Positions 8,822 through 17,620 of a stretch of DNA of 64,000 nt are shown here, one piece after another (the stretch's first letter is position 1; each line of letters starts with the position of its first letter). Where the stretch lies: NCBI GenBank assembly GCA_022969815.1, contig GCA_022969815.1_4535.1. One strand, written 5' to 3'. Origin of the DNA: Escherichia coli. Its GTDB lineage: Bacteria; Pseudomonadota; Gammaproteobacteria; Enterobacterales; Enterobacteriaceae. Made by a program: the position numbers and the translations under genes. The notes under the pieces were generated by a model. The model had not been told where the DNA came from. It was given only the letters and a program-made list of their open reading frames with translations, and searched no databases.

Positions 8822-9010
8822 ATGTTGATTTTAACAGTGTATATCTTGTTGTCAGTATTGGCTGTATGCTGTATGTTTCTTAGCTGTTGCAAAGATAAGA
8901 CACTTTTAGTCTCTGTAGCAAAAACTATAGATGCGATAATGGCGGGTGTTGGGTACGCAGCAGTGATCTACATTTTCTGTTTTTACTTTGTGGCTGAATG
9001 GGTTAATTAA
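8822..9010 (+). CDS. small membrane protein
   Basis: two hydrophobic segments; AAGGAGG SD. Confidence 0.45.
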   Translation: MLILTVYILLSVLAVCCMFLSCCKDKTLLVSVAKTIDAIMAGVGYAAVIYIFCFYFVAEWVN

Positions 9011-9019
9011 GGGGGATTT

Positions 9020-9208
9020 ATGGGTGTTGAAGTTTTTCTGATTCTTTTGTTGCTTTCTATTGTGGCTTGTGGTATTATTATGGCTTCTACATTCCCATTA
9101 AACACTTGGTGGCGAAAATTAAGTCTGATGCTTATATACTGTGCAGCAGGTGCACAAATGGGTTCGGTTGTTGTCTACTTGACTGAACTCGCAAAAAACT
9201 ATTTTTAA
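9020..9208 (+). CDS. small membrane protein
   Basis: hydrophobic throughout; GGGGGA SD. Confidence 0.45.
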   Translation: MGVEVFLILLLLSIVACGIIMASTFPLNTWWRKLSLMLIYCAAGAQMGSVVVYLTELAKNYF

Positions 9209-9221
9209 TAAGGAGAACAAG

Positions 9222-9950
9222 ATGATCGAGAACTTTTTTAAAGAGATTAAGGTAGATGTGGACTTCTATAAGAAAGCAGCTAAACATGTAATCGATTGGA
9301 ATGCAAAAGCGCGTGGCGGAGAACAGCCGGAATTTGACCAGGCAATGTTTGTTTCCCAAATCGGGTTTGTTCGTGAAGAACTGAAAGAGTATGAAGAAGC
9401 CGCTAAAACTAATGATCACGTTGAACTCCTGGATGCAGCCGCCGATGTATTCGTTGTTTCCAGTTACCTGGTGTACATGTTCTTTGGTGAAGAAGCAACT
9501 CTGAAGTTCCTTGAGAATCAGGTTGGTACTGTCTTCACAGAAACAATCTACACCGATTTCGACAACATGGAAGCTACCTTTACTGATCCTGTTCAGATGG
9601 CAGTATTGAGTGCTGGTATTATGAACCTTGCGCGTGATACGCTGGTGCGTTCTGTCTATGCAGACAAAAAGATTATGAAAGAAGTTCTTGACAGTAATGA
9701 TTCTAAGTACCCTACTAAGAAGCAACTGCTGGCTGTATGGAATACTTCCGATATTGATCTTGCAATTTCACAAGAATGCGCAGCGATTGAAGAGCGTAAT
9801 GCCAATCGTCCTGAAGGTGCTTACACTGGCGTACATGCCACGTACAATGAAAAACAGAAAGTTTATGTGTTCTTTGATGATAAAGGTAAGATCATGAAAC
9901 CTTCTACCTTTGTTAAACCTGATATTGCAAAAATCATTGCTAAGAAATAA
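9222..9950 (+). CDS. MazG-like nucleoside triphosphate pyrophosphohydrolase (tentative)
   Basis: EELKEYEEA ... ELLDAAADV acidic helix pair typical of MazG/HisE fold. Confidence 0.45.
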   Translation: MIENFFKEIKVDVDFYKKAAKHVIDWNAKARGGEQPEFDQAMFVSQIGFVREELKEYEEAAKTNDHVELLDAAADVFVVSSYLVYMFFGEEATLKFLENQVGTVFTETIYTDFDNMEATFTDPVQMAVLSAGIMNLARDTLVRSVYADKKIMKEVLDSNDSKYPTKKQLLAVWNTSDIDLAISQECAAIEERNANRPEGAYTGVHATYNEKQKVYVFFDDKGKIMKPSTFVKPDIAKIIAKK

Positions 9951-9956
9951 TCTGTA

Positions 9957-9980
9957 AGCCGCCCTTCGGGGCGGTTATTG
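9957..9980 (+). terminator. intrinsic terminator
   Basis: CCGCCC-ttcg-GGGCGG hairpin followed by TTATT. Confidence 0.6.
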
Positions 9981-10007
9981 TGAGAGTTAAATAATAGGAG
10001 GAAATAT

Positions 10008-10886
10008 ATGTTCGTTAAATCTTTTAAATCTGCACTTCCGATGGTTGCTGGTGATAATGCTTCTGTAGCGTCTCTGAACGAGTTCAACGAATTTCCGATT
10101 GACTTTGTACCTGCCGAAGGATCTCAAGCCCATACTATTGGTCTGGTTCGTTTTGAAGATGATGGGAAATACGTAAAAGAGTTCTCCGATCTGGAACTCC
10201 TCCAGGTTGGTCAATCTGTTAAGAAAGTTGACAAGAAGAAAGTTAAACGTCTTCTTAATGAACGCTTGGAAGAAATTCGAGTAGATATGGAAAGCCAAGG
10301 TCAAGAATTCTTTGTCGCTAAAGAAGACATGAAAGTCCTGAAAGCTGATATTGAATTTGGTCTGCTCCCAGAAACCGAACCGGAAGATTTCTTCAATTAT
10401 GTGGTTCTGGATAAAACAACCAACCTGTTCTATGTGATCAATGGTAGTAAGAAAGTAGCGGAAGCTATTACTTGCTTCTTCCGTAATGTTTTGGGGACTT
10501 TCCCCTCTGTAGGTTTTAGTGTGCACGAAGAAGCAATTGTCAAAGGTTTTGGTACATTGCTGAAAGAACACGAAGCTGATCGCCTTACTCTTGGCAATTA
10601 CATTAAACTGGAAGATAGTGAAGGTGTTGTTGTCTGGACGAAAGAATCTCTTTACGATTCCAAAGCAATCGAACTTAAAGAAGATGGTAAAGATGTTGTC
10701 GCTATTGGCTTGGAGTACGATGGTGTGCTGGAGTTTGTCGTAGATAAAGAGTTGAAGTTGAGCAAGCTTCGTTTCCCTAAATACTTCAACGATGACGAAG
10801 GCTCTATTGAAGCATCTACTCTACTTTGCTTCAACGAGATTCGTGGTTTGATGGCAGATCTGACGAAAGCAACTATTCTTAAATAA
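10008..10886 (+). CDS. hypothetical protein (292 aa); weak resemblance to RdgC-type recombination-associated proteins
   Basis: ORF with AGGAGG SD; resemblance is by overall length and N-terminal pattern only. Confidence 0.5.
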   Translation: MFVKSFKSALPMVAGDNASVASLNEFNEFPIDFVPAEGSQAHTIGLVRFEDDGKYVKEFSDLELLQVGQSVKKVDKKKVKRLLNERLEEIRVDMESQGQEFFVAKEDMKVLKADIEFGLLPETEPEDFFNYVVLDKTTNLFYVINGSKKVAEAITCFFRNVLGTFPSVGFSVHEEAIVKGFGTLLKEHEADRLTLGNYIKLEDSEGVVVWTKESLYDSKAIELKEDGKDVVAIGLEYDGVLEFVVDKELKLSKLRFPKYFNDDEGSIEASTLLCFNEIRGLMADLTKATILK

Positions 10887-10890
10887 GTGC

Positions 10891-10919
10891 TTGACTTGCA
10901 GACTTCATTGTGATACTAT
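10891..10919 (+). promoter_or_regulatory. sigma70-like promoter
   Basis: TTGACT - 17 nt - TACTAT with TG two nt upstream of -10. Confidence 0.55.
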
Positions 10920-10957
10920 GCCTACCTACTCAACGAGGTAGGCTTTTAGGAGGTGTT

Positions 10958-11167
10958 ATGAAAAAGACAATTGTGGCGTTACTGTTGGCAACAAGTTTCT
11001 CGGCAGCGGCTGGACAAACTACTCTCATTCTTTCGGATGAGGAAGTTAGCGGCAATACTAAATATTGTTTCTATTCCAACTCCATCTACGACAAAGTTAT
11101 CCAGATCTCTGCGAGTCGGCAATGTCCTTACACAAAAACATTCAGTACGGATGATGACGATGAATAA
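10958..11167 (+). CDS. small secreted protein (signal peptide)
   Basis: MKKTIVALLLATSFSAAAG N-terminus; AGGAGG SD; ORF track start 10910 is upstream GTG. Confidence 0.5.
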   Translation: MKKTIVALLLATSFSAAAGQTTLILSDEEVSGNTKYCFYSNSIYDKVIQISASRQCPYTKTFSTDDDDE

Positions 11168-11211
11168 TAGGGGGAATTATCAGCGGGTATATTTTAATAA
11201 AACCAGAAGAT

Positions 11212-12303
11212 TTGCACAAGTATGTTGACCTAAACACTGTTGTGGTTATCGATTATGACCAAGTGGCTTTCCAAGCAGCTTCTGCTGTAGAGAAGCGTCG
11301 TATCTTGGCTAAACATGCAGCCTCCGGTTCCGAAAAAGAATTTGACAATAAGACAGAGTTTTGGGGTAAGAGTAAAACTGAAATTGGTGGTTGGCTTGGA
11401 GCATTGAATGCTAAACGAGAAGAGCAGGGTAAACGTCCTTTCACCAAAGAAGAGTTTGAAATTGTCGATGTGCAGTACGTACCAGACACTTTGTCACATG
11501 CTTTTCAAGCAGCTAAAACAAAAGTTCAAGCGATCTTAAAGCATTTAAGTTTAGAAAAATATTGCGGAGTTATCGGTGTAGGGAAAACCTTCCGACATGA
11601 TTTTAAGATGCCTACCGAATATAAATCTGAACGATCTGACATTAAGCCTTTACAACTATCCGATACCAAAGACTACTTGGTAGAGCAACACAATGGGGAT
11701 GTTGTTACGGTTATCGAAGCCGATGATGAATTAGAGAAGTACGGTTTCCAAGGCTACAAAGATTACAAACGCACAGGAAAATTCTCTTACATCCTGGCGT
11801 CAATAGATAAAGACAGCCTATCCACTCCAAGCATCCTCTTTAACTTCTACAAAGAAGACGGTGTATTCAAGAATCCAGATATCATCTTGATAGACGAGTC
11901 CATCGGAGACTTGTGGATTGTTGAAAAGGGCAAGAAAAAAGAGGTGAAGGGTTGGGGATCTTTCTGGTTGGCCTATCAGATGCTGATGGGAGATAAAACG
12001 GATAGCATCCGTCCTTACCAGGATTTTGGTATTAAGTTTGGAGACGTTTCTTGCTTCAACTTGATATCTGAATGCAAGACCCAAGCTGAACTTTTCCAGA
12101 AAGTGAAAGATACATTTTATACCTGGTTCCCTGAAGGTGTTAAATTTACATCTTGGGATGGGGAAGCAGTAGAATTAACAACCGATCAATGGATCGAGAC
12201 AATATTCCAACTTGTTTACATGAAGCGTTGGGATAACGATAACACAACTTTTGAGAGTATGCTTCAAGCGTACATTTCACAACAGGAGACAATTAATGAG
12301 TAA
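11212..12303 (+). CDS. T4 RNase H-like 5'-3' exonuclease / flap endonuclease (TTG start)
   Basis: VVVIDYDQVAF and TFRHDFKMPTEYKSER segments match the pattern of T4 rnh (ICLIDFSQIAL, YWRRDFAYYYKKNR) from memory. Confidence 0.55.
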   Translation: MHKYVDLNTVVVIDYDQVAFQAASAVEKRRILAKHAASGSEKEFDNKTEFWGKSKTEIGGWLGALNAKREEQGKRPFTKEEFEIVDVQYVPDTLSHAFQAAKTKVQAILKHLSLEKYCGVIGVGKTFRHDFKMPTEYKSERSDIKPLQLSDTKDYLVEQHNGDVVTVIEADDELEKYGFQGYKDYKRTGKFSYILASIDKDSLSTPSILFNFYKEDGVFKNPDIILIDESIGDLWIVEKGKKKEVKGWGSFWLAYQMLMGDKTDSIRPYQDFGIKFGDVSCFNLISECKTQAELFQKVKDTFYTWFPEGVKFTSWDGEAVELTTDQWIETIFQLVYMKRWDNDNTTFESMLQAYISQQETINE

Positions 12304-13261
12304 ATTAACAACAGAGCAGAAAGTAGAAATCATTAGCCTTAAAACACAAGGTCTTTCTTCTCGCCAGATCGCTGCATTAGTTCTCGGTAGCGCGACAAAG
12401 AAAAGTACAGTGAACGATTTCTTGGTTCGTGAAAACTCTGCCAACGCTGGAACTCCTAAAGTTAAACCAGAAGGTCCAGTAGTTAAAATTATTGACGTTG
12501 AAACAGCGCCAGAAATTGCGTATACTTTCCGTCGATTCAAAGCTTTTATCTCTCCTGATCAGGTGATTCGCCGTGGTTACTTGTTGTCCTACTCTTCCGC
12601 AGATCTGCGTACTGCTGAAGTTGAAGGTAAGAACTTGGCAAGCTACCCTCTGTTCGATATTGATCACACAGACGATTGGGAACTGTGCCAAGACATTTGG
12701 AAGCTTTTGGATGAAGCTGATATCGTTGTAGCTCACAACGGTGTTAAATTTGACCGTGCTTATATTAACCAGCGTTTCGCATACCACGGAATGGTTCCTC
12801 CGTCGAACTATGTTGTGGTCGATACTCTGAAAGCGGCTAAGAAACAATTCTTCTTACCGTCTAATTCTCTGAAAGAGATGGGTGCTTACTTTGAAACAGA
12901 GAGCGAAAAACTTGATAACGAAGGGTTCCCGTTGTGGAAGGCTTGTTGTGAAGGTGATCGTGATGCGTTTGAACGTATGCAAACTTACAACGATGGTGAT
13001 GTAGTTTCTCTGCGAGATCTGTACATTAAGATTCTGGCGTGGATTCCGCAACATCCTAACGTATCTGCTTACTACGAAGATACTAAAGTTCGTTGCTCTC
13101 GTTGTGGCAGTGCACATGTGAATGTACTGGCAGATAAGAAGTACCACACAGCAGTAAGTTCTTTTGATATTATTCGTTGTGAAGATTGTGGTGGACTTTC
13201 TCGTGGACGTGTTAACAGCCGTTCCAAAGATAAGATGAAAAATACCATTGTCGGGATTTAA
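12296..13261 (+). CDS. DEDD-family 3'-5' exonuclease with N-terminal helix-turn-helix and C-terminal Cys cluster
   Basis: IDVETAP, AHNGVKFD, YNDGD motifs; CSRCG ... CEDCGG; start at ATG 12296 with AGGAGA SD. Confidence 0.5.
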   Translation: MSKLTTEQKVEIISLKTQGLSSRQIAALVLGSATKKSTVNDFLVRENSANAGTPKVKPEGPVVKIIDVETAPEIAYTFRRFKAFISPDQVIRRGYLLSYSSADLRTAEVEGKNLASYPLFDIDHTDDWELCQDIWKLLDEADIVVAHNGVKFDRAYINQRFAYHGMVPPSNYVVVDTLKAAKKQFFLPSNSLKEMGAYFETESEKLDNEGFPLWKACCEGDRDAFERMQTYNDGDVVSLRDLYIKILAWIPQHPNVSAYYEDTKVRCSRCGSAHVNVLADKKYHTAVSSFDIIRCEDCGGLSRGRVNSRSKDKMKNTIVGI

Positions 13262-13265
13262 TAAG

Positions 13266-13289
13266 AAAGGGGCTTCGGCCCCTTTTTTC
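13266..13289 (+). terminator. intrinsic terminator
   Basis: AAAGGGGC-ttcg-GCCCCTTT hairpin plus T6. Confidence 0.75.
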
Positions 13290-13298
13290 ATTTAAGTG

Positions 13299-13327
13299 TT
13301 GACACAGAGAACTAATTGCGATACAAT
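13299..13327 (+). promoter_or_regulatory. sigma70-like promoter
   Basis: TTGACA - 17 nt - TACAAT. Confidence 0.6.
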
Positions 13328-13370
13328 CTTTATCAACAAGGCATACCGCCTTAAACAAGAGGAGACTATC

Positions 13371-13829
13371 ATGAGTAAGAATATTATTGTTTTTCGTAAC
13401 GCTGCTGATTTCCGTAATTATGCCGCAGAATCTGGTCGTAACAATGCAGCCCGTGCTTTGTATCGTCAGTTCTTACGTTTAAATAATCTGGACCGTAACG
13501 AGCTAATCCAGGATTCCTCTGGTTTGACAGTAGGGAAAGATAACCGTCAACAGGTACTTATCGGAGGTTGCCTGTACGGTGTGTCTGTGAACGATAAAGG
13601 TGATTGCCGTCAGTACGACAGTGACTATGTTGGTCTGATTAATATCTCCCCGACTACGGGCAGAGTTCTACTGGCATTCACTAACGATTTGTCTTTACAC
13701 AAGAAACCAAACTTGATCCGCACAAAAGGAAACAATGCATCTTATAACGCTGCTCTTAGCGAAGATGCTTCTGTAGAGCTTGAAAACTTTAAAATCTGGG
13801 ATAACACCACTCCAGAACAGAATTACTAA
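13371..13829 (+). CDS. hypothetical protein (152 aa)
   Basis: ATG with AAGAGGAG SD downstream of promoter. Confidence 0.55.
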   Translation: MSKNIIVFRNAADFRNYAAESGRNNAARALYRQFLRLNNLDRNELIQDSSGLTVGKDNRQQVLIGGCLYGVSVNDKGDCRQYDSDYVGLINISPTTGRVLLAFTNDLSLHKKPNLIRTKGNNASYNAALSEDASVELENFKIWDNTTPEQNY

Positions 13830-13838
13830 GGGGGTTGA

Positions 13839-14066
13839 ATGAGCATTACATTAACGGGTAATGAAATTTTTGAATTATTTGAAATGTTAGGGATGAGTTA
13901 TTCTATTGACAAAGACCCTGATCTTCTAAATGTGGAGATCACCGTTTTAGAGAATGGTGAACTTCTTGATGATAACGGTAATGTTATGTACCGTGGTCGC
14001 GTTGCTTATTACACAGACTACCCTGAAGAAGGTGGAGTCGGAATCCAGGAGGAAAATTATGTCTAA
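13839..14066 (+). CDS. hypothetical protein (75 aa)
   Basis: ORF with GGGGG SD. Confidence 0.45.
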   Translation: MSITLTGNEIFELFEMLGMSYSIDKDPDLLNVEITVLENGELLDDNGNVMYRGRVAYYTDYPEEGGVGIQEENYV

Positions 14067-14457
14067 TGCATTTAATGATCAAGTTGACGGACACCATTAC
14101 ACAGATATGGTAATGCAACCTATAGAGTTGGCTTATCTTGTAGGTGGCACACCTTGTTTCTGCAAGCTTGCTAAATATTCTACTCGTGTCAAGGGTGATC
14201 GCATGATCAACTTGGACAAAGCTATTCATTGCATCGCACTGGAAGCTACCATGATGGAGAACCATAGTTTCATGGTACAGGAAAACTACCCAGCAGCCAC
14301 AAGTAAGGCCAAAACTGATCAAGCCATGTTGCTGATTGACTTTTTCACAAAAGATCCCTTAATCCGCGAAGCTTTGAAGTGTATGTATTGTTCTTACTAC
14401 CAAGATGCAATGATAGCTATCAGAAAACTTAAGGAACAAATTAGTAATGGCGAATAA
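14059..14457 (+). CDS. hypothetical protein (132 aa)
   Basis: internal ATG with CAGGAGGA SD; overlaps upstream stop. Confidence 0.5.
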   Translation: MSNAFNDQVDGHHYTDMVMQPIELAYLVGGTPCFCKLAKYSTRVKGDRMINLDKAIHCIALEATMMENHSFMVQENYPAATSKAKTDQAMLLIDFFTKDPLIREALKCMYCSYYQDAMIAIRKLKEQISNGE

Positions 14458-14638
14458 CACAAAACAGTACGGAGAAGGTGAGGTTTATAAAATTTATAAC
14501 CGTAAAGGGGATAAGCTTTTAGTAACTATCACCATCCCAGAAAATATGTGCAAGGCAGGTTTGGATCGCCTGTTGTTCTTTAAACACAATATTCCACCTG
14601 GTGAATACACAATCAAGAAGGTGCCAATTGTCAAGTAA
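14447..14638 (+). CDS. hypothetical protein (63 aa)
   Basis: ORF overlapping upstream stop. Confidence 0.45.
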   Translation: MANNTKQYGEGEVYKIYNRKGDKLLVTITIPENMCKAGLDRLLFFKHNIPPGEYTIKKVPIVK

Positions 14639-14651
14639 AGAACCTAAAGTA

Positions 14652-15206
14652 ATGTGGGGCGAAGGAACGCCCTGGAAAACCCAATCGGAGTTCTATACAT
14701 ATTTACGTGGATGTTTACGTCAAGCATGGATGCGACACCCAAACAAAATCAAAGTTCTTCAAGCTAAACGTTACAAAGTTGACCGCCTTGACAAAGACGG
14801 AAATGTGATGTTAGATAAGAAGACGGGTAAACCAAAACAAGTTTGGAACTGCAAATGTGAACTTTGTGGACATACAGGAGGAATGAAAGACTTCCAGGTT
14901 GACCACATTCATGCAGCTAAAGCCTTGCAATGTTTTCAGGATATTCCTGACTTTGTTTTGCGTTTGATTTATGTCAAAGAAGAAGATTTGCGTATGGTTT
15001 GTAAGCTTTGCAACTCTATCTTAGCCTATGCAGATAAGCAGGGCATCTCCTTCGAGGCAGCAGCCGTTGAGAAGGAAGCTATTGCGATCTGTCAAGCGAA
15101 GAAAGATAAGAAGTGGTTGGAGTCCAAAGGTGTGACACCTGAATCCACAGCAGCAAAACGACGCAAACAAATAGTCCAAATCTTATTGACCGAAAGAGGT
15201 CTTTGA
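14652..15206 (+). CDS. HNH / endonuclease VII-like nuclease
   Basis: CKCELCGH ... FQVDHIHAAKA His-Me finger-like motif. Confidence 0.5.
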   Translation: MWGEGTPWKTQSEFYTYLRGCLRQAWMRHPNKIKVLQAKRYKVDRLDKDGNVMLDKKTGKPKQVWNCKCELCGHTGGMKDFQVDHIHAAKALQCFQDIPDFVLRLIYVKEEDLRMVCKLCNSILAYADKQGISFEAAAVEKEAIAICQAKKDKKWLESKGVTPESTAAKRRKQIVQILLTERGL

Positions 15207-15237
15207 GGTACTATGAAATAACTGGAGAGGAGGGATT

Positions 15238-15855
15238 ATGAAGATAGTTTGTGATTGGGATCTGGTGGTTGCTCCACTGGATGTTGCTTGGCTGGAATGG
15301 TTGGTTAAAGTTAGCGGAGATTGTGTAGGCTTCTGCGGAGCTGTCAAAAATGTTGACTACGATCTTACTAAATACTTCCCAGGTTTCCGTGAGAAGTTTA
15401 ACATCGATCCTTACGGCTTTCTGGATAATTCCCATCTCTACGATACAATGGGATGTATCAAACCCATGGCTAACTTCTTAGAAGGTGTTGTGAAAGAGGG
15501 AGATAATGCACTTATTGCAAGTGTGACTAAAGGTGGACACCTTAGCTCAAAACACAAACATGTTTTAAGAACTTTGCCAACCATCGATTTTGGTAAAGGT
15601 TCTGGTAATGGTTTCTTTGCCACAAAAGAAAAATACCTATTGCCTTGTGATATTGCCATAGATGACAGGGCAGAAAACCTGTTGTATTTTCCAGATCATG
15701 TTGTTAAGATTTACTACAATACGATGTATAAAGATTTGTATTTGGAAGAATTAAAAAAGAAACCAAATGTAGTTGTCACAGGTTTGTACAATCAAGCAGA
15801 AACCTGTTGGCAAGTTTATTCAATGTTAAAAGAACGAGGAGAAATTAATGTCTAA
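15238..15855 (+). CDS. HAD-superfamily phosphatase, possibly 5'(3')-deoxyribonucleotidase
   Basis: N-terminal CDWDLV (DxD), downstream T/K and IAIDDRAEN (DD) motifs. Confidence 0.45.
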   Translation: MKIVCDWDLVVAPLDVAWLEWLVKVSGDCVGFCGAVKNVDYDLTKYFPGFREKFNIDPYGFLDNSHLYDTMGCIKPMANFLEGVVKEGDNALIASVTKGGHLSSKHKHVLRTLPTIDFGKGSGNGFFATKEKYLLPCDIAIDDRAENLLYFPDHVVKIYYNTMYKDLYLEELKKKPNVVVTGLYNQAETCWQVYSMLKERGEINV

Positions 15856-16843
15856 TATCAGTGCACAAGTCATCGCCCAGTCTATGAACGCAGAAGGGCA
15901 AGTGATTACAACTTTCGAACTGGAATACCCACGTATCATCCATTCTGAGTTGATGACGCACCGCTTATTCTCCCGCAACGCGGCTTCAAGCCGTGCTATT
16001 CCGGTGAAGACCCTGATTGAAATGGTTCGCAAAGAACCTGCTGCACCTGTTCGTTTTGGTCAACACCAACCTGGAATGCAGGATCAAGGCGTAGAATATG
16101 ATGCTCTTATTGGGGCAGGTTACTCAGGTCGTGAGTGGTGGAATTTAGCTGCGCTTAGTGCAGCAAACTTTGCAGAACAAATGGCGGAAGCTGGTTACGC
16201 GAAGCAGGTTTGTAATCGCCTTCTTGAACCATTCCAGAGAATGAAGACGGTTCTGACAGCAACCGAGTATGAAAACTTCTGGTGGCTACGTGATGACGCT
16301 GATGCTGATCCGACTATTGAAGCTTTAGCTAAAGTTATGTTTGAAGCTTATGAAGCCTCTACTCCAGAACTGCTGGCTCCAGGACAATGGCATACGCCTT
16401 ACGTAGATCACGTCTACGAGAACATCGGTCTGGAAGGTGATGATGTTTTGGTATTCGCTGGGTATAGCACTACAGATGAAAATGGCAATACTGTCATGCT
16501 GTCGCTGGAAGAAGCACTTGCAATCTCTTCTTCTTGTTGCGCACAAGTGAGCTATCGTCGTCTGAATGCAACTAAAGACAAAGCTTTGGATATCTACGGA
16601 CGTTTGCTTACTGGTCGTAAAGTCCACGCTTCTCCGTTTGAACATCAAGCTACACCTATGCAAGCAACCTTTGAACTTCTTGGTGAGAATGCGTCTGAAG
16701 ATATTCTTATTAACGTTCCGTGGTATGCAGCTTCTTGGGAAGTAGGTATTACTCACAGTGATCGTAACGAAAAACTGTGGTCTGGAAATTTCAAAGGATT
16801 TATCCAGCACCGTCAGCTTTTAAATAATCATACTAAATGGTGA
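15848..16843 (+). CDS. thyX: flavin-dependent thymidylate synthase ThyX-like
   Basis: MTHRLFSRNAASSRAIP matches ThyX signature (R)HR-x-x-S-x4-S-x-R. Confidence 0.7.
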   Translation: MSNISAQVIAQSMNAEGQVITTFELEYPRIIHSELMTHRLFSRNAASSRAIPVKTLIEMVRKEPAAPVRFGQHQPGMQDQGVEYDALIGAGYSGREWWNLAALSAANFAEQMAEAGYAKQVCNRLLEPFQRMKTVLTATEYENFWWLRDDADADPTIEALAKVMFEAYEASTPELLAPGQWHTPYVDHVYENIGLEGDDVLVFAGYSTTDENGNTVMLSLEEALAISSSCCAQVSYRRLNATKDKALDIYGRLLTGRKVHASPFEHQATPMQATFELLGENASEDILINVPWYAASWEVGITHSDRNEKLWSGNFKGFIQHRQLLNNHTKW

Positions 16844-16859
16844 TTCGAGTAAATTCTTA

Positions 16860-16889
16860 TTGACTTTAGTATGAGATTTAGTGTAGTAT
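16860..16889 (+). promoter_or_regulatory. sigma70-like promoter
   Basis: TTGACT then TAGTAT about 18 nt downstream; followed by GGGGGA...TCCCCC hairpin in 5' leader. Confidence 0.45.
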
Positions 16890-16939
16890 AGCAAAACGTT
16901 GGGGGAGGTGAGATTCCCCCTTTACAAAAGGAGAAAATT

Positions 16940-17350
16940 ATGTCATTAGTAAACACTACCACTTGGGCTACCGTGAGCATGTCTACCGTTAAGTCTACCC
17001 CAATCTGGAAGCAAGAGTCAGAAAAATACCGTGGTCATATTCCTCACGATCGTCACGCAGATGTACTTCGTGCCGCTCTGGTGTTCCTTGGTATGAACGA
17101 AGATGGCAACTTCTCTGTTGAGCGTAATGTTAACATTCGTAGTAACAACGACAACAGTCTGGTTTATATCAACACAACTCTTTATACTTTTGCTGTTAAA
17201 GAAAGCTGTCCTTTCAAACATATCTACCAAAAGAATGATATTTTTCATTATGGTGATGAAGAATTTGGCGGTTGGGGTGTGACTCACACAAAAATGGACG
17301 ATTTCGGTAATTCCTACGATCCTGCAAGAGCAGAAGACAATTCACTTTAA
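16940..17350 (+). CDS. hypothetical protein (136 aa)
   Basis: ORF with AAGGAGA SD. Confidence 0.5.
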   Translation: MSLVNTTTWATVSMSTVKSTPIWKQESEKYRGHIPHDRHADVLRAALVFLGMNEDGNFSVERNVNIRSNNDNSLVYINTTLYTFAVKESCPFKHIYQKNDIFHYGDEEFGGWGVTHTKMDDFGNSYDPARAEDNSL

Positions 17351-17360
17351 GAGAGGGATA

Positions 17361-17606
17361 ATGACCGATAATAAATACGAAGGCTGTGAGATTGAAGTTT
17401 ACTTTGATGAGACAGTAGGCTGTAATGTTACAGTGATTTTAGATACTTCCAAACGCTTATCACCAAAACGACAAGAAGCAGATCGCAAAGCTAAAGCGAA
17501 AGGTTTCCACGATATAAATCATTTTGAAGGGTTCCTTTATGCGAACGGACTGTTTAACGAAATGAAATTTGGATACGATGTAGACGTGCTTGGGATTCAT
17601 AGTTAA
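17361..17606 (+). CDS. hypothetical protein (81 aa)
   Basis: ORF with AGAGGGA SD. Confidence 0.5.
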   Translation: MTDNKYEGCEIEVYFDETVGCNVTVILDTSKRLSPKRQEADRKAKAKGFHDINHFEGFLYANGLFNEMKFGYDVDVLGIHS

Positions 17607-17620
17607 GATAGGGAGGAGAA

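Noticed and set aside
8062-8892. 276-aa minus-strand ORF
   Set aside because: Entirely antisense to the well-supported DNA ligase gene in a gene-dense plus-strand operon; low-complexity Phe/Ile/Asn-rich translation typical of an AT-rich antisense frame. The same reasoning rejects other antisense track ORFs such as 4614..5048, 9132..9725, 9987..10571, 12377..12847, 12854..13291, 18335..18850, 34217..34771 and 37844..38221.
10008-10886. Assignment of the 292-aa protein as RdgC
   Set aside because: Resemblance rests only on length and a vague N-terminal pattern; no conserved motif could be verified by eye, so the gene is left as hypothetical.
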